A DNA stretch of 64,000 bases. It comes from Alphaproteobacteria bacterium MarineAlpha5_Bin7. Lineage in GTDB: Bacteria; Pseudomonadota; Alphaproteobacteria; HIMB59; GCA-002718135. Under the pieces are notes generated by a model. That model saw only the letters and a program-made list of their open reading frames with translations, was not told the origin of the DNA and ran no database searches. Position numbers and translations under genes: made by a program. This document shows positions 1 through 9,486 of this stretch, piece by piece (position 1 is the first letter of the stretch; each line of letters begins with the position of its first letter). The stretch lies in contig PTKX01000001.1 in the NCBI GenBank assembly GCA_002938195.1, forward strand, positions 41,878 to 105,877, read 5' to 3'.

Positions 1-952
1 GCCTTTGATATTCAGAAACACGCTTTTCGAAGAAATTTGTTACATTTTGAACATCTAAAGCTCTCATAAAATCAAAAGGATTCTCAGTATTAAATACTCT
101 TTCAAAATCAAAAAGATCTGCGATTCGATCTGCTACGGCCTCTATATATTGGCACATTAATTCCTTATTCATTCCAATTAAATCAACAGGAAGCGCCGCT
201 GTAACAAATTCTTTTTCAAACGATACTGCTTCTCTAACTATTTCTTCGAATTCGGATTGACTTACGTTATTTGTTATTAAGCTTACATCCTTAATATCTG
301 AATCAGTTAGACTCCCATTATTAAATTTATCTCTCAATGTTTTAAACATAAGGGAAGAAAAACTAAAATGCATACCTTCATCTCTAGCTATCCAATCGTT
401 TGATAAAGCTAATCCTGGTAATAGACCTCTTTTTCTAAAGTAATAGATTGCACAGAAAGAACCAGCAAAAAATAGACCTTCAACTAATCCAAATCCAATA
501 AGTCTAGTTAATAGATTCTGATTACCGTTTAACCATTTTGAAACCCATTGTGCTTTATGATTTATGCACGAAACATTTTCAATAGCTGAAAACAATCTAT
601 CTTTTTCTTCTGAATTAGTTACATAAGCTTCTATCTGTAATGCATACATTTCTGCGTGAATTGATTCATTCAGCATTTGCATTGAGATAAAGCAACGTGC
701 TTCAGGGATCAGTATTTCTTTATAGAATCTACTAGCAAGATTTTCGTTAATCATTGCTTCAGAATTAGCAAAAAAAGCTAAAACTGTTTTTATAAAGTGT
801 TGTTCGCTTTCATTTAATGTTTTTAGATCTCTCAAATCATCTTGCAATGAAACTTCTTCTGGCGTCCAAAAAGCCTGAATATGTTGTTTATATCTTTCCC
901 AGATATCTTGATGTTTTATCGGGAAAATTGATTTGCAACCTTTTGATATCAT
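1..952 (-). CDS. nrdB: Ribonucleotide reductase class Ia beta (R2) subunit, 3' end runs off the window
   Basis: Not in the ORF track because it is truncated by the window edge. Reverse-strand ATG at 950-952 opens an uninterrupted frame to position 1: MISKGCKSIFPIKHQDIWERYKQHIQAFWTPEEV...MLNESIHAEMYALQIEAY...EGLFFAGSF. It has ferritin-like R2 iron-ligand motifs and lies 17 bp downstream of nrdA. Confidence 0.85.
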   Translation of the reverse strand, partial: MISKGCKSIFPIKHQDIWERYKQHIQAFWTPEEVSLQDDLRDLKTLNESEQHFIKTVLAFFANSEAMINENLASRFYKEILIPEARCFISMQMLNESIHAEMYALQIEAYVTNSEEKDRLFSAIENVSCINHKAQWVSKWLNGNQNLLTRLIGFGLVEGLFFAGSFCAIYYFRKRGLLPGLALSNDWIARDEGMHFSFSSLMFKTLRDKFNNGSLTDSDIKDVSLITNNVSQSEFEEIVREAVSFEKEFVTAALPVDLIGMNKELMCQYIEAVADRIADLFDFERVFNTENPFDFMRALDVQNVTNFFEKRVSEYQR

Positions 953-969
953 TCTTTAATTGTATTGTT

Positions 970-3699
970 TTATGCACTGCATGTTAAGCATTCTTCTTCA
1001 TTGTCCACACTATTTTTGTTGAGAAATTCTTCTTTTACTTTTTTTTCCGATGATACAGTAACTTTTACTGCATCAACTGCTGATCTACTTCTTAAATAAT
1101 ACATACCAGTCTTAAGACCTTTTTTCCACGCATACATGTGCATCGAATTAACTTTTCCAAAAGTAGGATTTGATAGCCACAAATTCATTGATTGTGTTTG
1201 ATCAATAAAAGGAGCTCTATCAGCAGCCATATCAATCACAGTTTTTTGAGAAGTTTCCCATACTGTTTTATAAGTATCTTTCAAATCTTGAGGAAAGTCA
1301 GGTATATTTTGTACAGATCCATTTTCTAAGATGATATTGTCTCTCATTGTTTTATTCCAAAGATTTCTTTTTGATAATTCTTTAACCAAATGTCTATTAA
1401 CTAGCAAAAATTCTCCTGACAAAGTTTGTCTTTTGTAAATATTTGATGTTTGAATTTGAAAAGTTTCAGTATTACTTAAAATTATGCCTGTAGAAGCTGT
1501 AGGCATGCAGGCTGTCGTAAGTGAATTTCTCACTCCGTATTTTTTTATTTTTTCTCTGAGACCTTCCCAATCCCAATTTGTTGAGGGCTTAACATCCCAC
1601 AAATCAAACTGAAATCTACCTTCCGACAAAGGCGAACCCTCATAAGTTGAGTATGTTCCTTTTTCTTTTGCTAATTCCATTGATGATTCTAATGCTCCAA
1701 AATATATTGTTTCAAATATTTGTTTATTTATATCAATTGCTTTTTCACTGTCGTATGGAGTTTTTAACATAAAAAAAACATCTGCTAATCCTTGAACGCC
1801 TAAGCCCACTGGACGGTGAAGTTTATTGGAATTATCTGTTTTATTGGTAGGATAAAAATTAATATCAATTACTTGATCCAAATTTCTTATTGCTAGTTTT
1901 GCAGTTTCATACAATTTTTTATAATCATATTTTTTTTCTTTTTTATTCACAAACTTGGGCAAGGCTATTGAAGCTAAGTTGCAAACCGCAGTTTCATTAT
2001 TGCCAGAGAATTCAACTATTTCTGCACATAGATTTGAAGATTTTATTACCCCAATATTTTTTTGATTTGACTTTTCATTTATTGAATCCTTATAGAGCAT
2101 GTAAGGTTGACCAGTCTCTATTTGGGCTTCAATAATTTTTGACATCAAGGTTCTAGCTTTTATTTTTTCTAAGTCAGGTATCTTTTTTTCATAATTGGTA
2201 TATAATTTTTCAAATTCTTTACCAAAAGTATCTGATAATCCTGGACATTCATGTTCACTCATAAGTGTCCAGTCTTCATCTTTTTCTACTCTTTGCATAA
2301 ATAAATCTGGAATCCAAAGGGCATAAAACAAATCCCTTGCTCTAAATTCTTCTGCACCTGTATTTTTTCTTAATTCTAAAAACTTTTCTATATCTGCATG
2401 CCAAGGTTCCAAGTAAATTGCAAAAGAACCTTTTCTTTTACCCCCTCCTTGATCAACAGATTTTGCTGTTTCGTTAAAAATTTTTAAAAAAGGGATAAGT
2501 CCATTGGACTTACCATTTGTTGATTTAATTCTACTTCCACTTGCTCTGATATTGTGAGCATGCATACCAATTCCTCCTGCAGTTTTTGAAATTAGTGCGC
2601 AATCTTTTATCGTATTAAATATTCCCTCTATTGAATCATCTTCCATCGCTATTAAAAAACAAGACGAAAGCTGCTGCATTTTCAAGCCACTATTAAATAG
2701 AGTAGGAGTAGCATGTGTATATTCGCCCTCAGAGAGTGCAAAATAAGTCTTTTTAACTTTATCATAATCAAAATCATCACAAGATACAGTTAATGCAACT
2801 CTCATCCATAAGTCTTGCGGTCTCTCAATTGTTTTATTTTCAAACCTTAAAAGATAGGCCCTTGTAAGAGTTGTTAGAGCAAAATAATCAAAGCGATAAT
2901 CGCGATCATAATCAATAATTGATTCTATAACATCAGCATTTTCCATTACTTTATTATAGTATTCTTGTTTTAAAAGACCGTCCTCGTATAGATTTTTTGT
3001 AGCTATAACAAAACCAGGAGTTTCTTTATGTAATGCATTAGCTTTTACTCTTGCAGCAAGATATGAATAATCGGGATGTTCAACAGTTAGTGAAGCAGCA
3101 GTTTCAGCCAGATAATTATCTATTTCTGCAGAAGTAATTTCATTAAATAATCCTGGAATTGCTTTTTGAGCTACTGTTATAGGGTCTATTGCAAGACCTG
3201 TAGAAAGTACTGAGACTCTGTTTGTAATTTTATCAAGTGACACTGGTTCTTTTTTGCCATCTCGTTTTGTTACCATCATTGAGGAAACTTTTCCTCCAAT
3301 TTGTTCTTTTAATTTTTTAGTGTGATATCTAGAAGCTGCTCTTTGTTCTCGATATAATACATATGCTCGAGCAACTTTGTGATGCTCTGCTCTCATTAAA
3401 GCTAATTCTACCTGATCTTGTATATCTTCGATATGTATCATATCACCATCAGCAATTCTGCGTGTGAGAGCTGAAACAACTTTATTTGTTAAAATTCCTA
3501 CTGTTTTGTGAATATTATCATCTTGTTCTTTATCTAAATTTTTATTATTTCTAATTTTAGTTTGAGCTAAAAAAGCTTTCTTAATTGCGTTTGTAATTTT
3601 TTCTGACTTAAAAGGTGTAATTGATCCATCCCTTCTAACAACGCTTAAACTTAAAATATTAACATCTTTTTTTTGGAGGGCTGGAGAAACTTCAGGCAT
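970..3699 (-). CDS. nrdA: Ribonucleotide reductase class Ia alpha (R1) subunit with two N-terminal ATP-cone-like modules
   Basis: 909 aa. R1 catalytic core motifs are present (SNLCAEI, PTASTG), with a C-terminal CxxC tail (ECLTCSA). Two V-x-[KR]-R-D-G ATP-cone starts are visible: VVRRDGSITPF and VTKRDGKKEPV. Confidence 0.95.
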   Translation of the reverse strand: MPEVSPALQKKDVNILSLSVVRRDGSITPFKSEKITNAIKKAFLAQTKIRNNKNLDKEQDDNIHKTVGILTNKVVSALTRRIADGDMIHIEDIQDQVELALMRAEHHKVARAYVLYREQRAASRYHTKKLKEQIGGKVSSMMVTKRDGKKEPVSLDKITNRVSVLSTGLAIDPITVAQKAIPGLFNEITSAEIDNYLAETAASLTVEHPDYSYLAARVKANALHKETPGFVIATKNLYEDGLLKQEYYNKVMENADVIESIIDYDRDYRFDYFALTTLTRAYLLRFENKTIERPQDLWMRVALTVSCDDFDYDKVKKTYFALSEGEYTHATPTLFNSGLKMQQLSSCFLIAMEDDSIEGIFNTIKDCALISKTAGGIGMHAHNIRASGSRIKSTNGKSNGLIPFLKIFNETAKSVDQGGGKRKGSFAIYLEPWHADIEKFLELRKNTGAEEFRARDLFYALWIPDLFMQRVEKDEDWTLMSEHECPGLSDTFGKEFEKLYTNYEKKIPDLEKIKARTLMSKIIEAQIETGQPYMLYKDSINEKSNQKNIGVIKSSNLCAEIVEFSGNNETAVCNLASIALPKFVNKKEKKYDYKKLYETAKLAIRNLDQVIDINFYPTNKTDNSNKLHRPVGLGVQGLADVFFMLKTPYDSEKAIDINKQIFETIYFGALESSMELAKEKGTYSTYEGSPLSEGRFQFDLWDVKPSTNWDWEGLREKIKKYGVRNSLTTACMPTASTGIILSNTETFQIQTSNIYKRQTLSGEFLLVNRHLVKELSKRNLWNKTMRDNIILENGSVQNIPDFPQDLKDTYKTVWETSQKTVIDMAADRAPFIDQTQSMNLWLSNPTFGKVNSMHMYAWKKGLKTGMYYLRSRSAVDAVKVTVSSEKKVKEEFLNKNSVDNEEECLTCSA

Positions 3700-3711
3700 A
3701 TATTTTTTTCT

Positions 3712-3732
3712 TCTATATTCTATATTCTATAA
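3712..3732. repeat. Tandem 7-mer (TCTATAT x2 + TCTATAA) in the nrdA 5' leader
   Basis: Read directly: 3712-3718, 3719-3725 and 3726-3732. It lies 13 bp upstream of the nrdA start codon on the minus strand. Confidence 0.8.
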
Positions 3733-3750
3733 ATAATTTATGTATGATGA

Positions 3751-3766
3751 ACACTATATGTAGTGC
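3751..3766 (-). promoter_or_regulatory. NrdR-box-like 16-bp palindrome upstream of nrdA
   Basis: ACACTATATGTAGTGC matches the published NrdR-box consensus acaCwAtATaTwGtgt at 14 of 16 positions, with perfect CACTA/TAGTG arms. A weaker second site, ATACAATATTTGCTAA (3782-3797, 10/16), has its centre 31 bp away, the spacing typical of tandem NrdR boxes. Confidence 0.5.
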
Positions 3767-3983
3767 TGCCAATAATTGACAATACAATATTTGCTAAATA
3801 TAGCAATAAGAACAAAGCAAGAACATAAAATAATTTTTTAATTAGTCAATTAATTTAATTAATAAAGTTATGGATATAATCCACAACTATCTGAATTTTA
3901 TAGAAAATTTTTAACAAAATTTTTTAATTGATTCTTTGATAAATTATATTTTATAAACTTAAATTTGCCATAAATGACTAATA

Positions 3984-4712
3984 ATGAAATCAAATAAACA
4001 GATGACCAATATTGCGCTTGTAGATGATGAAACAAATATATTAACATCAGTTTCTCTAGCGCTAGAAACAGAGGGGTATTCTGTTGACACATTTACAAAT
4101 GGAGAAGAAGCTCTAAAGGGGCTAGAAAATAAAAAATATGATTTAGGATTGTTTGATATAAAAATGCCACGAATGAACGGCAATGAATTACTAATGAAAG
4201 TCAGATCTAGTAAAAATAATGAATTAAGAGAAATGCCTATAATTTTTTTAACTTCAAAAGATCAAGAACAAGATGAAATTATAGGTTTAAGAATGGGTGC
4301 TGCGGATTATATAAAGAAACCTTTTTCACAAAAACTTTTAAATGAAAGAATCAGAACAGTTTTAAGAATACACATAAATAGGAAAAATGTTGATAAAGAA
4401 ACACCAATCGATAAAAATTTAATTAAAGGAGATCTTATTCTTGATGATCTAAAGCAGCTTTGTTTTTGGAAAAACAATATTATAGAACTAACTGTTGCAG
4501 AATTTAACCTAATAAGATCATTAGCCAAGCATCCTGGAGTAATAAAAGATAGAAATCAATTAATGGATGCTATGTATGGAGATAATATTTATGTTGATGA
4601 TAGAACTATTGATAGCCACATAAAAAGACTAAGAAAAAAATTTAAATCTTATGATAATAAATTTGATCAAATAAGAACACGTTATGGCTCCGGCTATTCA
4701 TGGCGTGAATAA
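3984..4712 (+). CDS. chvI: OmpR-family response regulator, ChvI-like
   Basis: Receiver plus winged-helix domains. IALVDDETNILTSVSLALETEGY...FDIKMPRMNGNELL...IIFLTSKDQEQDE...KKPFSQKLL closely parallels the ChvI/BvrR N-terminus as I remember it. The true start may be the internal Met at 4002 (MTNIALVDD). Confidence 0.75.
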   Translation: MKSNKQMTNIALVDDETNILTSVSLALETEGYSVDTFTNGEEALKGLENKKYDLGLFDIKMPRMNGNELLMKVRSSKNNELREMPIIFLTSKDQEQDEIIGLRMGAADYIKKPFSQKLLNERIRTVLRIHINRKNVDKETPIDKNLIKGDLILDDLKQLCFWKNNIIELTVAEFNLIRSLAKHPGVIKDRNQLMDAMYGDNIYVDDRTIDSHIKRLRKKFKSYDNKFDQIRTRYGSGYSWRE

Positions 4713-6456
4713 TAAAAAAATTAAAATAAATCTTTCCAATTATTCTCTTGCTACGCAGATAATAATAATCAATTTTCTAACTTCTATTTTTGGTTTAGTA
4801 TTTTTATTATTGTTCAATTATATATTATTATCTAATAACCAAAATTTAGATAATCGAGTTACATATATTAATGATAATTTAAATAATATTAGTTATTATT
4901 TAAGTGAAAAATCTGTAATTAGAATTCCTCAATTTAAAGTTGAGTCTTGCTTAAGATCAAAAGATCATCAAATAGTAATAGCTCCTAAATGCTTAGAAGA
5001 TAACAAAAAAACATATGAAAAAAAGATATTCTCAAATACATCTGATCTTCAATTAGACCCCACTTCAACACAAGAATATGTATTAGATAATTTTCAAAAT
5101 AACGACCTATCTATTAAAGTTTATGATGATCAGTGGATCAAATTTGCTGACACAGAAGATATTTATTCCTTGGGCGAAGTGGTTGAAATAGATATTGATA
5201 CCAATTTAGAAGAATTAGTAAGTAAATATAGCGTTTATAATCAGTATAAAAATTTTTATCTTAGAAATTTTAATTATCTTCAAGAATATTTTAATTTTAA
5301 TAATATCATTAATAAGATTGATAAATATTCAGATAATTTGAAGATTACAAAATTCAAAGATGATGTTTTGTTAGTTAAAGAAACAATCATAAAGCAAGAT
5401 AATTTATCTTATGTATACAAGGATGATAGTAATGGTATTTTTTTTCTACACACTAGTCCGATAAAAAAAAATAACAGCATCTATGGTGTTGTTCTTGTTT
5501 CAGGAACTATAAATGAGGAAAATAATGAGGCAGGTTTAATATCATTTAATTTAATTAATTTATTTATAATAATAATTATAATTATGTTTTTTTTCTCTTT
5601 TTTATTTTCTAGAAGTATTATTTCTCCGATTAAATTACTTTCAACAATAGTTAGAAATGAAAGAGATAAATCTCATAAAAAAGTGTATCAAAACAGCTAT
5701 CCAATAAGATTAGATGAGATAGGTATATTGAGCAAAGAAATAAAAAATATGTCAGAAGATTTAAAAAAACGCATTGATGAAATTAAAAGCTTTGCAGCTG
5801 ATGTATCTCATGAATTAAAAAATCCACTAACAAGTTTAAAAAGTGCTAGCGATCTTTTATCAAGTGATAAAATTTCTGATGAAAAAAAATCTTTATTAGT
5901 TAAAAATATTCATAAAGATATTCAAAGAATGAATGCTTTAATAACTGATATTTCTAAGTATGCGTTAGATCAAATAGAGCTAGATGAAGAAATATTTTAT
6001 GAATTTGATTTAGTCATATTTTTGAGGGAGTTGCTAATACCATATTCATCTAATTCAAAAAGTGTTAAGATAATCTTTAAACCAGAAAACGATTCTTCTA
6101 TTATTTATGCAAATAAAGAAAAATTAGCTCAAGTTTTTTTAAATCTAATTGACAATAGTATTTCATATTCACCTACTAATTCAGAAATATTAATAAAATC
6201 AAGAATTGTTAATAATATTGTCAAAATTCATATACTTGATCAAGGCCCAGGGATTGGTAGCAACCTAAGTAATAAGATTTTTGATCGTTTTTATACAGAT
6301 AGACCTTCAGATCAAATAAATCATACTGGTTTAGGGCTTTCTATTGCAAAAAATATAATAGAGAGTTTTTCAGGATCTATAAAATTAACTACTATTAATT
6401 CTAACCAATATCTTGGAGCTTGTTTTGAAATCAATTTGCCTTTAAAAGAACATTAG
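4684..6456 (+). CDS. chvG: Sensor histidine kinase with a large N-terminal extracytoplasmic domain, ChvG/ExoS-like
   Basis: Two TM segments flank a ~240-aa N/K/D-rich domain. It has an H-box (SFAADVSHELKNPLTSL), a G1 box (LDQGPGI...FDRFY) and a G2 box (GLGLSIAKNI). The ATG overlaps the regulator by 29 nt. An alternative GTG lies at 4705. Confidence 0.65.
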   Translation: MAPAIHGVNNKKIKINLSNYSLATQIIIINFLTSIFGLVFLLLFNYILLSNNQNLDNRVTYINDNLNNISYYLSEKSVIRIPQFKVESCLRSKDHQIVIAPKCLEDNKKTYEKKIFSNTSDLQLDPTSTQEYVLDNFQNNDLSIKVYDDQWIKFADTEDIYSLGEVVEIDIDTNLEELVSKYSVYNQYKNFYLRNFNYLQEYFNFNNIINKIDKYSDNLKITKFKDDVLLVKETIIKQDNLSYVYKDDSNGIFFLHTSPIKKNNSIYGVVLVSGTINEENNEAGLISFNLINLFIIIIIIMFFFSFLFSRSIISPIKLLSTIVRNERDKSHKKVYQNSYPIRLDEIGILSKEIKNMSEDLKKRIDEIKSFAADVSHELKNPLTSLKSASDLLSSDKISDEKKSLLVKNIHKDIQRMNALITDISKYALDQIELDEEIFYEFDLVIFLRELLIPYSSNSKSVKIIFKPENDSSIIYANKEKLAQVFLNLIDNSISYSPTNSEILIKSRIVNNIVKIHILDQGPGIGSNLSNKIFDRFYTDRPSDQINHTGLGLSIAKNIIESFSGSIKLTTINSNQYLGACFEINLPLKEH

Positions 6457-6498
6457 AAAATTATAAATCACATAACATATCAACAGGTAATATAAATT

Positions 6499-7788
6499 AT
6501 GAGCAACGATTTTAAGGTCAAAGATATCTCACTAAGTGATTGGGGATTAAAGGAAATAGCTATTGCAGAAACAGAAATGCCAGGTTTAATGGCTTTAAGA
6601 GAAGAATATAAAGATACCAAACCACTAAAAAATGCAAGAATAGTTGGATGTCTTCATATGACAATACAAACTGCAGTGCTTATTGAAACTCTCGTACATC
6701 TAGGAGCGTCAGTAAGATGGAGTTCTTGTAATATTTTCTCTACTCAAGACCAAGCTGCTGCAGCGATAGCATCTAAAGATATACCTGTTTTTGCATGGAA
6801 GGGAATGAGCGACGAAGAGTTTTGGTGGTGCATTGAACAAACTCTAGAAGGTCCTGATGGATGGAAACCAAACATGATTTTGGATGATGGAGGTGACGCA
6901 ACTCAGATTATCCATGAAAAATATCCTGAAATGTTAAAAGAGATTAGAGGTTTATCAGAAGAAACTACAACAGGAGTTCACCGTTTAAAAGAAATGGAAA
7001 AACAAGGCACTCTGAAAGTGCCAGCAATTAATGTAAATGATTCAGTAACAAAATCAAAATTTGATAATCTCTATGGGTGTAAAGAAAGTTTAGTTGATGG
7101 AATACGCAGAGGTACTGATGTAATGATGGCAGGCAAAATAGCTGTTGTTGCAGGATATGGTGATGTAGGCAAAGGTTCTGCGGCTAGTTTAAGAGGTGCT
7201 GGAGCAAGAGTGTGCGTTACAGAAGTAGATCCTATAAATGCACTTCAAGCAGCGATGGAAGGTTATCAAGTTGTGACAATGGATGAAGCTTGTTCTTATG
7301 GTGATATTTTTGTTACAGCTACGGGTAATGCAGATGTTATAACTTTAGATCATATGCGAAAGATGCGTGATAGAGCAATAGTTTGTAATATAGGACATTT
7401 TGATAATGAAATTCAAACAGAAGCTTTACAAAATTATAAAACTGAAGAAATAAAACCACAAGTTGATGAAATTGAATTTCCTGATGGTAAAAAATTATTA
7501 TTATTGTCTAAAGGAAGATTGGTGAATTTAGGTAATGCTACAGGTCACCCTAGTTTTGTAATGAGTGCTTCTTTTACAAATCAAGTTATGGCTCAAATAG
7601 AACTTTGGGAAAATTATAAAAGTTATGAGAACAAAGTATATGTACTTCCAAAACATCTGGACGAAAAAGTTGCATATTTACACTTAAATAAGGTTGGAGC
7701 AAAATTAACGCAGTTAACTGACAAACAAGCTGAATATATAGGTGTGAAGAAAGAAGGGCCTTACAAGGATAATGATTATAGATATTAA
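6499..7788 (+). CDS. ahcY: Adenosylhomocysteinase (S-adenosyl-L-homocysteine hydrolase)
   Basis: 429 aa. Motifs include DDGGDAT and the [13 protein letters not shown]-binding motif, with full-length similarity to AhcY. Confidence 0.97.
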   Translation: MSNDFKVKDISLSDWGLKEIAIAETEMPGLMALREEYKDTKPLKNARIVGCLHMTIQTAVLIETLVHLGASVRWSSCNIFSTQDQAAAAIASKDIPVFAWKGMSDEEFWWCIEQTLEGPDGWKPNMILDDGGDATQIIHEKYPEMLKEIRGLSEETTTGVHRLKEMEKQGTLKVPAINVNDSVTKSKFDNLYGCKESLVDGIRRGTDVMMAGKIAVVAGYGDVGKGSAASLRGAGARVCVTEVDPINALQAAMEGYQVVTMDEACSYGDIFVTATGNADVITLDHMRKMRDRAIVCNIGHFDNEIQTEALQNYKTEEIKPQVDEIEFPDGKKLLLLSKGRLVNLGNATGHPSFVMSASFTNQVMAQIELWENYKSYENKVYVLPKHLDEKVAYLHLNKVGAKLTQLTDKQAEYIGVKKEGPYKDNDYRY

Positions 7789-7818
7789 TAATATTAGTTG
7801 AATTTAAAGGAGTATTAA

Positions 7819-8985
7819 ATGAAAAGATCTTATTTATTTACCAGTGAATCTGTATCAGAAGGCCATCCTGACAAAGTTTGTGACAGAATTTCTGATATGG
7901 TGGTTGATTCATATTTAACTCAAGATCCCTTATCAAGAGTAGCTTGCGAAACATTAACAACCACAAACAGGGTTGTTTTAGCAGGTGAAGTTAGAGGACC
8001 TTCTATAGCTAAAGATGAAATTATTTCTAGAGTACGTGATTGTATTAAAGATATTGGTTATGAACAAGAAGGCTTTCATTGGAAAAATTCTAATATTGAA
8101 TGCCATTTACATGAACAATCTTCTGATATTGCAATGGGCGTGGATGCAGGAAGTAACAAAGACGAAGGAGCTGGAGATCAAGGCATTATGTTCGGATATG
8201 CTTGCAGAGACACTGAGGAATTAATGCCTGCACCTATTCATTATTCCCATCAAATTCTTTTAAAGATGGCTGCTTCCAGAAAAAGTGGTAAATCTGATGA
8301 ATTAGAGCCTGACTCAAAAAGTCAAATTACTATGCTTTATGAAAATGGAAAACCATCTAAGGTTACATCGGTAGTAGTTTCAACACAACACAAAGAAGGT
8401 CTAAAACCTGAGGAAATTAAAGAAGTTGTAAAACCTTTTGTATATGACTCTATTCCAGGAGAGTTGATTTCAGAATTAAAAGATGATGATTTTTATGTTA
8501 ATCCAACTGGTAATTTTGTTATTGGAGGACCCGATGGAGATTCGGGTTTAACGGGCAGAAAGATTATTGTGGATACTTATGGAGGAGCAGCACCTCATGG
8601 AGGAGGTGCTTTTTCAGGAAAAGATCCATCAAAAGTAGATAGATCAGCCGCATATGCTGCAAGATATTTAGCTAAAAATATAGTTTCAGCTGGATTATCT
8701 GATGAATGTACCATTCAACTTTCTTATGCTATTGGCATATCAAAACCTTTATCAATTTATATTAATACTAATGGAACAAATAAAGTTGATGAACAGAAAA
8801 TTGAAAAGGTTTTACCAGAATTATTTGATTTAAGCCCTAGAGGGATAAGAGAACATCTTAAATTAAGTAACCCCATATATGAACCCACTGCTGCTTACGG
8901 TCATTTTGGAAGAATGCCTGATGATAATGGTCATTTTACATGGGAACAAACTGATTTAGTTGAAGAGCTAAAAAAAGCCTTTTAG
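7819..8985 (+). CDS. metK: S-adenosylmethionine synthetase
   Basis: Motifs [14 protein letters not shown] and [19 protein letters not shown]. 388 aa. Confidence 0.97.
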   Translation: MKRSYLFTSESVSEGHPDKVCDRISDMVVDSYLTQDPLSRVACETLTTTNRVVLAGEVRGPSIAKDEIISRVRDCIKDIGYEQEGFHWKNSNIECHLHEQSSDIAMGVDAGSNKDEGAGDQGIMFGYACRDTEELMPAPIHYSHQILLKMAASRKSGKSDELEPDSKSQITMLYENGKPSKVTSVVVSTQHKEGLKPEEIKEVVKPFVYDSIPGELISELKDDDFYVNPTGNFVIGGPDGDSGLTGRKIIVDTYGGAAPHGGGAFSGKDPSKVDRSAAYAARYLAKNIVSAGLSDECTIQLSYAIGISKPLSIYINTNGTNKVDEQKIEKVLPELFDLSPRGIREHLKLSNPIYEPTAAYGHFGRMPDDNGHFTWEQTDLVEELKKAF

Positions 8986-9012
8986 ATAATTCAGTTTTAA
9001 GCAATATAAAAT

Positions 9013-9486
9013 GTGTATCAACTTTTAAAAAAAAAATTAGATTTAGATCAATTAAATATTTTAGCAAATGATATAGCATTAAATTCAAATTGTGGAGATT
9101 TGTTATTATTAAAAGGAGAGTTAGGGGCGGGCAAAACTTCATTTTGTAGATTCTTTATTAACTCTATGTATGAAAAATATTCATTACCAAAACCAAAGAT
9201 AATTCGTAGCCCTTCTTTTCCAATACTAATTAATTATAAAATAAAAAATTTTGAAATTTTTCATTATGATTTTTACAGATTAAAAAATGTAAATGAACTT
9301 AGGGAATTAAATATTTTTGAAAATATACAAAAAAATATTACTTTAATAGAGTGGCCAGAAATAATATTGAGATACAAAAATATAACAAATTATTATTTGT
9401 TAAATTTTAAAATTATAAATTTAAAATTAAGACAAATAGAAATTTTTCATAATAATAAAGCTAAATTGCAAGATGTCTATAGATAG
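9013..9486 (+). CDS. tsaE: tRNA t6A37 biosynthesis ATPase TsaE (YjeE)
   Basis: GELGAGKTSF Walker A motif, ~157 aa, HYDFYRL motif. GTG start. Confidence 0.8.
   Translation: MYQLLKKKLDLDQLNILANDIALNSNCGDLLLLKGELGAGKTSFCRFFINSMYEKYSLPKPKIIRSPSFPILINYKIKNFEIFHYDFYRLKNVNELRELNIFENIQKNITLIEWPEIILRYKNITNYYLLNFKIINLKLRQIEIFHNNKAKLQDVYR

Noticed and set aside
3839-3868. AT-only quasi-palindromes (TTAATTAGTCAATTAATTTAATTAA) in the nrdA / regulator spacer.
   Set aside because: This is low-complexity AT sequence, where symmetric matches are expected by chance. Only the G/C-containing palindromes were retained.
6457-7818. Possible SAH or SAM riboswitch upstream of ahcY or metK.
   Set aside because: The spacers are only 42 bp (6457-6498) and 30 bp (7789-7818), AT-rich and without stems. 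They are too short for any known SAM/SAH aptamer.
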